Both the position numbers and the translations under genes were made by a program. A stretch of DNA of 63,366 nt, filler included, from Ministeria vibrans ATCC 50519 (lineage: Eukaryota > Protista > Filasterea): the NCBI GenBank assembly GCA_943704425.1. It is 5 parts of 5 records of this genome, joined end to end, with 100 filler letters (N's around TTAATTAATTAA, not from the genome) between each part and the next. Parts side by side here need not be neighbours in the genome. Positions count along the whole stretch, not along the records: positions 1 to 15,063 come from CALSCP010002196.1; 4 more parts are not named here. One strand, 5' to 3'. Every line of letters begins with the position of its first letter. Within the stretch, counting starts at the first letter, position 1. The notes under the pieces were generated by a model, which saw nothing but the letters and a program-made list of their open reading frames with translations, was not told where the DNA came from and did no database searches. Shown one piece after another: positions 1 to 10,800 of the stretch.

Positions 1-72
<72 letters not shown>
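1..72. repeat. (GT)n microsatellite, probably intronic
   Basis: Perfect GT run from base 1, decaying to about 130. Confidence 0.95.
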
Positions 73-73
<1 letters not shown>

Positions 74-179
74 TTTGTGATGTGTATGTGTGTGTGCGAG
101 TGAGTGTGCGTGTGTGTAATGTGTGTGTCTGTTGGGAGTTTCTGTCCCTCACACTTGAATGTTTTTCGTTGCTTTACAG

Positions 180-425
180 GACGAGCGAATACCCCCCGAG
201 CTTAATCCATTCGCTGAAGAAGATGAGGAAAAGGGTGGGGATGTGGTAGAGGATGACAAATTTGAGGCGGAGTTGGTTGCTGCAGCTGAAGCTGTAGAGC
301 GGAATTGTGAAGTGCCGCATGCGAATAACTTCAGTGGAAGTATGGGGTGTGATGGCGTATTGAGTGACTGTGATGAGTCTGCATTGGTCGAGGCGGTCAG
401 AAGATTTGAAGAAAATGTCGAATAA
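180..425 (+). CDS. Terminal exon of an upstream gene (acidic C-terminus, product unknown)
   Basis: Acceptor tttacag at 173-179, then open frame DERIPPELNPF...RRFEENVE* ending TAA at 423-425. Confidence 0.5.
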   Translation, partial: DERIPPELNPFAEEDEEKGGDVVEDDKFEAELVAAAEAVERNCEVPHANNFSGSMGCDGVLSDCDESALVEAVRRFEENVE

Positions 426-565
426 TAAGTGTCAATCAAAATTTTGACTACGAGGATAATTAAATTTTCACCCGTTTTTTCTCTCTCGCTTGCACGTGGA
501 CGGTGCCGTTGGATTTTGTCATTAGGCTGTTTAAATAAACATTTTGGACAGGTCTCCTGCATAGC

Positions 566-2254
566 ATGCCTTCTCGGCGTTTGCGATCCATTTTGGGACT
601 GCTCCTTTTTGTCTGTGTGATCGCTTCCGTTCTCCAATTCTTGTCGCCTTCTCCAGCTGCTCCTGCGCGTGCGCCTGCGTTGCATTCCGCGCGATATCGT
701 CGAAGACCACTGCCGGAGTATCTCCCATGGGACTATTGGTCGCAAGAAGGCAGTCGTGTGTGGTTTAAGCCGGATGCAAACTCATCGCGATACTATTTCG
801 ATCTTCCCAGTGGCTTCCGCCTCACCGACACCCACGTGGACCTTCTCTGGCTGGCCCACTACATTATGTGTCCGTGGGATGACAGATTAAAGCGCGTCAA
901 GAGACGAGACGATCGAAAGGCGAAAGCTGGAAGGTACGATTAGGTTCAGAAATAGCACAGAATAGAACAACCGACTGATCGCGCCCATGTACAGTCGCCC
1001 TGGCCTGGCTTTCTCGGGGGGATTTGATGCTGCCGCTGCCATGGTCTTGATGCCCAACACCACGGCGCTTGTATATATGCGTCGCACAGGATTCAACTCA
1101 TCCATGCGCCATGCCAACCCTGAAATGCTGTTTGACGAGATGGCGCGTCGCGATCGGCCCGTCCTGCAAGTCCCGACCAACTCCGAACTGCTGCGACACG
1201 ACCATTGGTCGTTTAAACCTCCTGGGTTTGCTACAGACTATCACATGATGGTATTGAAACAGGTGTGAGGATGAGCGCGCTGAGCAGACGGCTATTGTCC
1301 TTGTAGGTTCCGCTTCTTCTGCTGGCTGATCACCTCAATCTGGACAGCATTGGCTCGGGAATGAGCCTTGAAAGCACCTACAGAGATGGAGGGAGATACA
1401 GAGTGTTTGATGAGTCGAGTCATTTCCGAAAATGGAAGGTGTTTGACTCCATTCTGCCCTTCTACAATCCCGTAACTGCAAAAGGGACTGCACCTTGAGT
1501 CACGATCAATAATACTAATAATAACGATACTAATTACAATATTTCTCTGTGTTATCATCAGGTGAGTGGCATTTCCGAAGTGGCCAACATGGCCATTGCG
1601 CGGCAGGCGGGTCTTGTCGACCATATCAACTCGTGTCTGCGGAGTTCCGTCAAAGGCGGCAGCTGCGGCAAATGTTACAGAGTACCCTTTGTGTGTTTGT
1701 TTGTTAACGTCTATACGTTCATTGGTAGTAGCTACGTCAATCATTACAATAATATTATGATGTCTATTGCAGTGTTTCCGCAAGAATGCAATGTTAGGAA
1801 GAGTATTCACTGAGCCCATTGCGGAATTATCGCCCACAATCGATAGAGTACTGTCCCATTTGCCTCTCACTGAGTCTCTTCCGTCCATTTATTGGATTCA
1901 ACGCAGCCCAATGAGAAAGTTTATTGAAAAACAGGTGCCAAAAACAAAACGATAAAAAAGTGATCTCAAGTGGTTTTTAGTACCCTCATTTAGTGCCCTT
2001 TCTCCAATACGACGTTGGTGGGCCCTGTGAACGGTACTATCCGCGACCCAACAGATTCATTCCTCTGAAGTACCAGGAGTACCATCGGAATGCACTCGCG
2101 CACTATATTGAGCCCATGACGTACGTCCTTCGAAACTCCTTCCTTCGTGAAGTGGATAGGTCAACGACATTAATTAATATAATTATATATTTTTTATTTT
2201 AGTGCGGAAGATATTCATTCGGTCGAGACGCTTAAGTGCTTTTATTCTAATTGA
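566..2254 (+). CDS. Type II membrane protein with a PP-loop-like (DUF6395-like, bacterial-type) domain; 7 exons
   Basis: Exons ~566-933, 995-1250, 1307-1471, 1562-1681, 1773-1934, 1981-2120, 2203-2254 splice in frame at GT-AG. N-terminal hydrophobic anchor; motifs PGLAFSGGFD, PVSGISEV and SCLR..CGKCYRCFRK. Family name is from recollection only. Confidence 0.65.
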
Positions 2255-2621
2255 TGTGCACTTCTAGCCGAGATGCATAGACTAAAATATTTATACCATT
2301 ATATTAAAACAAACAAATCTTGTACTGTGATCTACCAACTATATATGTACATGTACGAGCGCTCAGTCCGCTCTCAGTCTCGCACTCAGTAATGTCAGTA
2401 CGTATGACGTATGTGCCGACAGCCGAGAAAAACTATCTCTGAGATGAAGATAATATAATTAATTTTATTATTCGTGTTTCACACACTGTTTTACTGGAGT
2501 TTTAATAATCATCGGAAGTCAGAATCAGAAATTGAGATATTTCAGAATTTTCATTCCTTCTCCTTTCTCCTCGTTATCCACCATTGCCGTGACGCTTGCA
2601 CCCCACATCACCGCCCGTGTC

Positions 2622-3640
2622 ATGTCCGCCCTGACCGCAGCCTCGGAAGCCTTCTCGCGCAGCGTCATGTCCAAGTACGACGCAAGTCATGATTTTGCAC
2701 ACATCGAGCGCGTTCGGGCGCTGGCGCTCACTCTGGCCAAGAAGGAGGCGCAGCGCACAGGCCAAGGTACCTGACCAACGACGGTGTGTCCATGCTGAAA
2801 CGGATCCCTCCCCCCCTCCTCTCGCCCAATGCGCAGACATCGACCTGGAAGTGGTCGAGCTGGGCGCACTCATGCATGACATTGGCGATGCGAAATACAC
2901 ACAGAGGTGACACTCACACACACACACACAATAAGTATTATGTAGTTCACGTCACTTGTTATATCATTTGTTAATTATTTGGCGTTAGTGAGACCGAAGG
3001 AGAAGATGCGGTGCGTGCCTTCTTGCAGGAGCAATCGTTTGATCGCATTGATGCAGTCATCGACATAATGCGCAACATTTCGTTTTCGAAAGGTAAATCG
3101 GATGTTCCTTCCCTGCTATGCTCAATCGATTATTCAACCGCAGAGATCACGGGGGGCGCAGCAGCCTCGCCACCTTCAATTGAACTGCAAGTGTGCCAGG
3201 ACGCCGATCGCCTTGATGCCATTGGTGCCATTGGCATTGCGCGCTGTTTGACCTTTGGCGGAGCACGCAATCGGACGCTCTACGATGCGTCGTGCAAGCC
3301 AAAGGATCCGACCGAGATGAGTGCTCAAGAGTACCGCGAGCACCAGAAGACAAGCACGACCATCAATCATTTCTACGAGAAGCTTCTCAAGTACGTGGAA
3401 AATATTGTTATTGTTATTGTTATTATTATTATTATTATTACAATCGTACTATATTTTTATGTGTGCATGTGGTGTATTGGTCTTTGCGGCGCCTGTCATT
3501 GTGGCGTTTATGTATCGCGTCTGTGTAGGATTCGCGATATGATGAAAACGCCGGCTGGAAAGGAAATTGCACAGCAGCGCCACGACTTTATGGAAGAATA
3601 TCTCAAGGTGTTTCATGCCGAGTGCGCTGGAGAGCGATAG
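2622..3640 (+). CDS. HD-domain metal-dependent phosphohydrolase (YpgQ/YedJ-like); multi-exon
   Basis: Motifs [48 protein letters not shown] and RHDFMEEYL across GT-AG joined exons. Confidence 0.9.
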
Positions 3641-3734
3641 ATTTGAGAGTGTATTTTAATGTTTTTTGTTCTTCTTTGTCTCAATGAGCGGCCAAATTGT
3701 TTGACAAATTTTAGACATTTTCCCCAATTTTTTA

Positions 3735-3855
3735 TCAATCACAAACGAAACAAACAGCTCGAAAGTCAAAACTTCTTTCTAAGCTACAGGAGTATTGAGA
3801 GGGAGCGGAGACAGGTTGACTGATGGCCAGACAAGTGACGCGATACGCACCAGAT
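3735..3855. repeat. Dispersed ~120-bp element, copy 1
   Basis: Core 3812-3855 matches 28483-28526 at 41/44 nt; similarity extends back to TCAATCACAAAC. Confidence 0.8.
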
Positions 3856-4835
3856 GCAATACGAACATCATATCTGAGAGGAACATAAGTTCGATATAAG
3901 GCTCCGGCAGCACACGGCCGGCGCTGCGTCAGCACAAGTGCTGGGGCTCTGGTGGGGAAAGCAAGCTCCACTGTCGACCGGGGTGGTACGCGATGAGGCA
4001 CACCTAACTATTCAGATCGTTAACCGACGAGGCGAATGTTTGACAGTGGTTTGACAGTCGTTTGGTGTTGATGCTGTAGCTACGAGGCAGTTGCGATGAT
4101 TCCGATGATCTCCGCTTGTTGCTGATAGTAGAATAAGGCTGAGTTGAGAGGGGCTGACACGTCGTCGTGCATGCAGCTGCAGGCGTCTGTTGAACTTGAG
4201 CTGTTGTCGCTGTTTCATTTTTGTCTTTTTTTTTCTTTGCAGAGCGCTCATTCTGCAGAATGTGGGGCCGGGGCCCGTTTGGAGCCGCTCGGGCCATATT
4301 GTATGGCTACCGAGATGTCTGGTGGGTCGCCGCAGGAAGTGCAACTCGTCCGCATCAAACAGGAAAAATAAATAAATTACATATTCAATTTTCGATCCGA
4401 CAGGAATTTGAAAATTCTGTCACCTCCCAAAAATCGTGACTGGGCCGCAGATTCTTCGTCGACGACTCACTGAAATGATTGAATAACAACAACCCACTCT
4501 CTAGTATAAGACAGATCAATAAAAAATGGCGCTTTTTCATTTGAGACGGATATGGAAAATTCCTACATTCCTATATAAGTATTCGATCGGAATTTGGTCA
4601 TTTTTTGCCTGAAGTGTCTGAACTATGAGAGCATGTCTCTGTTTCTCAACGGTAAATGACAGCAGTAAGCAGAGTGAGTCAGCAGACAGACAGAAATCTC
4701 ATGTCAGACTCGTGAGTGTGTGCTCTGCTCTTTCTTCTTTTCTATTGACTCAGTCTGTCACACTTTAACTCTGTCTCAGGTCAACGATGAAAATTATTTA
4801 ACTCTCAGACCTCAGTAGTTTTTTTTTTTGCTTTG

Positions 4836-7800
4836 ATGGCACCCCCTCCTCGCCTCCCTGTGGTTGCAGCGCAGGCAGTTGGCGGCGGTGCGGCTGCCAA
4901 GCTACGTCCCAAACCACTGTCGTGCTTACACTTTTGCAAGGTACACACAAAACACAGCAAATCACACTCCACCGCCACCGCTGACACTCCGATGGGCATA
5001 GGCGCTCTTTGTCCTTGCGATCACAGGCGTGCTGCTGACCGCGCTTGTGGTGTCACGCCTCAGTGTTATCAGTCTTGCTCGCGCGTCGTCCCTGCCCGCC
5101 AATGCCAATGCGCCCTCTCCGGCGACTCTCCGAGCCTTCTCCGCTGCCATTCCGCACGATCCGTCGCCGCTGATGGCCGCAGGGGCCTTTGGAATGCTCT
5201 CCATCGCCATTCTCTTTCCCAACCTGCTGACCATTGTCTTTGGCACTCTGCGCTGGAGCCACGAAAACGACGTCAATCTCGACACCTTCTCCATCCTATA
5301 CGTACGATGCAGCTTCATCTTCAATCATATCCCAACCTCCACTCCGGTGTTCGTCTCTTTATTGTTTGGTCGATGCTTCTTTCGTCCATTTTCTTTTTTT
5401 TTTCGGCTGTTTTTTTTTTTTTTTTTTTTTTTTTTTGGTAATTATTGTTTTCTATCTTTGCATGGTGACAGACTGACTGACACACTGTCTGACTGTATCA
5501 TTAATAAATAATAAATGGGTAAACTTATTTATGGGTTGTATTCTTCTACTTAAGAAGAATAACAAAACAGAGAGGAGCTGGGGGGGGGGGATTAATCGGA
5601 AATTAATCATTCATCAAAAACAACTAGGTTCTTTTTCGTCCATTTGGCTCCGCCGTCTCATCTGCAACGGTTGTCGATTCGTTTGGACTGGGGTAAATAA
5701 TTGAGGCTATCAGCTTTCTTCTTCAGTCTTGAATCTTCTGAGTTTTAGTCGACTAACTCATGTATCAGCTCTCGATTCGAAAAGTTGAGTACACTCAATT
5801 TCAAAACTGAACTGTAAACCCAAAAATTAATTTTTAACCGCAGACAGGATGACTTGCAAGTCATCCCACATTTCTTCGATTCTTTCGCAGAATCCAGCGT
5901 AGTTGTGCTTTAAACTTGGGTAGTAGTAAGTATAAAGTACCTTGAAAGCAGCACCAGAGTTTGCCACGTCCAGAGTCCCGAGAACATTTTATTTTGGGCA
6001 ATACAATCGACAAGTTCCAACGACCAAAACCAAATTTCCAATCACTCTTTTTTCTCTCACTTCCCCTCTCAAGAAATGCTCGCCAAGTTCTCCCAAATCC
6101 CAAAGTATGCTCGCACTTGCAGCGTGCACGTGCGCGAGATTGATGCCACGGTGCAGGTTGACGTTGAGAAGCGAAGGCTCGAGTGCACCGTCAAGTATGT
6201 GGTGCGTCTGTGCCCGCAACTGTCGCCGCTCGCCTCGGCCGCAGTGCCGCTCAACGAACTGTCGCTGGACGCTGTTGGATTGGTTGACCTGCAACTGGTC
6301 GATGGCCAGGATGCCGTGAGCTACTGGCACTACGACGGCCAACGCGTTCTCCTGCGCTTTGCCAAGTCCGCCGCAGCCCACCCGGCCTTCACGCTGCACT
6401 ACACGGTCGAGCAGCCGCTGGACGGAGTGTACTTCTACGCCCCCGACGAGAGCTACCCTAACCGTCCCTTCCTGGCACTGACTGACCACGAAACAGAGCG
6501 AGCGCGCTACTGGCTCCCGTGCGTCGACGAGCCGCGCGCCCGAGTGCCCGTCATCCACATGCGCTTGCGACGTGACGCGCACCTCACAGCTCTTGCGTCG
6601 GGAAAACTGATCAGCGACACGCTTGTGGAGGACACGACCACCGGCTCCAAGAGCGCAGAGGAGAGTGGCACCGTTGGCGGTGCGTCACAGCAACGCGAAG
6701 CGCACTGGATGCTTGAGTTTCCCTGTGCCACCTACCTGCTTTGTTGGGCCGTCGGTCAACTGCACGAGCATCAACTCCCACCAAAGGGAGAGTTGGCCAT
6801 GTCGTTGTTTGCTGGCTCGACCAAGCTCCTTCAGGACATGTGTCTCAACCTGTCAAAGACCCCGCAAGCCATTGACTTTCTGCAAGACAAGCTCAACTAC
6901 GCCTTCCCCATGCCAAAGTAACGTCTTATTATCATTATAATATTATTTATATGACTGTTTTGGTGGGTGAGGGGGTTTATTATTATTATTATTTTATTCT
7001 ATTTTATTAGAAGAAGAATAGTTAATAATACTAATAATGTTTATTATTATGTTCTGTGTTCTTAGGTACTTCCAAATTGGCGCGCCCTTTCTCTACGGTG
7101 CCATGGAAAGCGTAAGTCTTGTGACGTGGGACACGGGTCTTCTCCCAGACGAGACTGTTCACCAAGGTTGATAAATTATAATCATAATAATAATTAATAA
7201 TAATTATTATTAATAATAATACGTCTTATTATTATTGTTATATTTTATTAATATTATTTTCTTGTAGAGCTCGGACAGTTCTCGGAGCGCATTTGTGTCC
7301 ATGAACTGGCACACTCATACTTTGGCGACGCCATCGTATGCCACAGTTTTGAAGATGCTTGGTTGAAGGAAGCGTTTGCCGTTCAGATGGAGGTAAGTCG
7401 ACACTCGGCCATGGTGCATGTCTCATGTCACTCAGAATGATTAATACTTATACGTCGTCGGGGGGTTGTTTTTTTTTTTCATTTTTATCGTGTGTTTTGC
7501 AGCGCGAATGGCTTTTGTCAGTCGAGGGCCAGGATGAATACGATTATCATGTTTTGTGCTCGGCCAAGTCGTACCGCGCCGAAGTAGCAGGTTCCTACAA
7601 TCGACCAGTCGTGTGCCGGTGCTACACGCACTCGTGGGAACTCTTTGACAAGACGCTCTACGATGGTGGTTCGACGCGTCTACACCAGCTGCGATCACTG
7701 CTTGGCGTCGATATGTACTGGCAGGGCGTGCAGCACTACGTCTCCTCGCACATGTTGAGCACCGCGACGACCAATGACCTCTTCCGCGCCTTTCAGCACG

Positions 7801-10800
7801 TCACACGCGACCACGCCATTGACCTGGCACCCTTCTTCAACGAATGGATTTACGCTTCTGGCTACCCCGAAGTCGACGTGTCTATGCAAGTCGACCCGGC
7901 CGTTTCGACCACCGTGACTTTTACCATGCGATCCTCATCCAAGTTTCACCTTGTCATTCCCGTTGAGGTACAAGAAAAAGAGAAAATAATAATAACAGCT
8001 CTCTTGAATGAATATTAATTATTACTATTATGACACAGGTGACGTTTGAAGACAACACGTCGTACGTCACATATGCAACTGTGTCACCAGCATCGCCCAG
8101 CTGCTCCACCACTTTCTCATTGAGTGTCAATGGCCGTCCAGTGAGCTATGTCGTCGTTGATCCGTCTGGCGATCTTCCTCTCGTGCAATTCTTCTATGAC
8201 AAGAGCACACACGACGAGTCCTCGTTGGCGACGGTCGCACGCACACACAAGCGTCTTTTTGCTCGCATTTCTGCGTACAGTCGACTTCTTGGTAACTCCG
8301 GTGGCTCTTCATGCTCTCCCTCCGCTCTGAAGCTGGTGCGCGAGGCAATTGAACAGGAACAATTCTGGGGTGTCCGCGTCCAAGTTGCGCAAATGCTCGC
8401 CAAGTCAGCCTCCCCAAAGGTAGCGAACACAATTCATTCTAATTGCATCGGAGTACACATAATCAATCATCGTTTTGCCTTTTTCTTCTTCTTCTTCTCT
8501 CGCTCTTCTCAGGCTCATGCGATTTTGCTGGACATGGCAGACCGAGAGACAAGCCCTCGAGCGCAGCGTCTTGTCGTAGGAGCGCTGATCCACACAAGCT
8601 TCCGAACTCGCGAAACTGCTGAGCGTCTGCGCAAACTTCTCGGCACGGATCAGCTGATGCCTCTTGCGCGCGGAGCAGCTTGGCAGGCACTTGGCAAACA
8701 GCAGCAGAGCGAAGATTTTGATTTGCTTGCGAGCGCCATTCGCACCGAATCCGGCTGGCTTGGGCGTGTCAAGCAAGGGGCGCTCTGGGGACTTGCGGAA
8801 ATGGGAGAGCCGCGTGCGCTCGAAATCCTGCTCACCCACTGTGGATACGGAGCGGAACCAGTCGAAGAAGTCCGCGCGGCGGCCGTGCGTGCCACCTGCT
8901 ACTGTGCTCGACTGATCAACTCTGACCTCCCTGCTCGTGTGAACACTGCTTTGCGCGATGCTCTTGTCGATTCCCATCGCCACGTTCGTCGCGCTGCCAT
9001 CAATCAGGCTGCTGTCTCTGGCGACCGCTCTCTCCTCTCCGCCGTTCTTGCCGCTCGCGAGACCTTTGCAGCGCAGGTTTGAAACAAAAAATTAAATGCT
9101 GTGCGTGTTGTGTGCTGTGATTTGTATCGTGATTTGTATCGTGTTGGGGTTCTTTCTTTTTTTTATACCTGTTTTTCAGCTGTTCATCCTGCGTTTCTAA
9201 TTTGTTGTTATTATTCTGTTTTAGTATCTACCTTCGATCGATGCTGACATTGCAAAACTGAAACGCCCCGCCACTTCCGGCCCCGCTGGCGCCAAATAAT
9301 CAGAAACCGAAATGACTTGAGAAAAAAAAATGTTGTTGTTAACGAGTAAAGAATACACTGAAATCAATTCCAATACAAAACAATAACAACAAAATATATT
9401 ATAAATAATTATTATTNNNNNNNNTTTTTTTTTTTTTTTTTTTTTCCCACTCGCTGTCTCACTTTCCATCGTTTTGCTTGTCTGTGCATCTGATATTGCT
9501 TATAGAGTCTGTTTACGGCGGCAGCCGAGACGGCAGGCATGACGCTGCTCTTCTTGGTGGTCTTTCCGGCGTTTTCAGGTCGGGTCGAAGCGTCTGCGAC
9601 CAACTCCGACGTGACCGCCCTGCTCCTTGCCAACGGGCTCAGTCTGCTGCCCTCTGCCTGCGCCATCTTGTACCCACTCACCGCTACCGTTGCATCGACG
9701 TCGAATGCGGCGCCATCGCGGATTCCGTCACGACAAAAATTGGCCAACTCTTTGGCTTTTCTCGTCCAGCTCGGTGCCACGCTGACACTCACCGTCATCA
9801 CCGACATTCCCCATGCCTGGGCCATCCCGTTTGCCTTGATACTCTCTGGTGCCTATCATGTGCGCAATTTCATGTTGACTCCCACACTGAGGCGTCTTGA
9901 ACGACTGCGTCACAAGGTGTGCGTTTGCAACAGCGCCTTCAAACTCGTGCTTGTGCCCGCTGCCTGGCTCCTCATCGGCACTCAATTCTACCACTACAGC
10001 CCGGCACAGTTGTGGCACGGCCTTAGCACCATGGCCCATCTCGAAAATCCAGTCACCACGGTATTCCTGGCTCAGATCACCTCGGGTCTTGTCGCCTACA
10101 TTGCCGGCTGGGTTGCCAGCTCTGTGTGCGCCGAACGTTTCGGCCGTGCCCTACCACTGCTCCTCTCCACCCCCCTGTCGCTACTCTGCCTTTATGGATG
10201 TGCGTCGCCGACCATGCCAGCGTCGTGGCGCTCACTGGGAAACAGTCTCCTCTGGACTTGCACCGACCAGGCCGAGATGCATTCGGTCGACACTCTCGTG
10301 CTCACGTGCGGCGTGCTCCTCTGGCTCTCGTCCATGTGGGTGTCACGACACATTTGGCGTGGCAACCAACGCCCCGTGCCCATCGAGAGTTTTCTCTACG
10401 ACCGCATTGGCTTTCGAGGACCCATCCTCGAACAGGATCTCATGCTCAACCGTCGTCGCTTCGTCCTCAGTTTCACCCTTGACGGTGTCGGTGCGCCGTC
10501 CGCCGCAGGCACATTCATAATCGCCAATGACGAGCCTCTCTTAGCATCGTCGACAGCAAACGCCCCATCTGCGCCACGTGTCACCTTTGACTCCAGTCAT
10601 GATCAACGAAGCTCCACCCCGCTCCAACCGGATCGCACACTTGCCGTCGAAGTGGCTGGTGCAAGCAACTCTGCTGAACCGTCCATAATGGCCGGTGCGT
10701 CCAGTTCCCTTCACGTTCGCGATCGCTCGGCAGTTCCTCCTCCGATCGCTTACTCACCCATTCAACAATGCATATTTTTGTGCACCACTATGTGGCGCGA

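Noticed and set aside
1-249. ORFs rich in CV, ER, SL or II repeats here and at 30138-30552 and 41573-41897
   Set aside because: Translations of intronic microsatellites.
3860-4440. GC-richer intergenic stretch considered as snRNA, RNase P/MRP or tRNA
   Set aside because: No diagnostic motifs recognised by eye; it would need an Infernal search.
4836-5301. Possible 5' exons of the aminopeptidase or a stand-alone small gene
   Set aside because: The nearest candidate acceptor before 6076 is out of frame. The peptide resembles the chitin synthase N-terminal TM region and splices in frame to 9506.
6918-7502. Apparent stops and frameshifts breaking several genes (pseudogenes, readthrough or an alternative code)
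   Set aside because: The cases examined resolve as ordinary GT-AG introns under the standard code.
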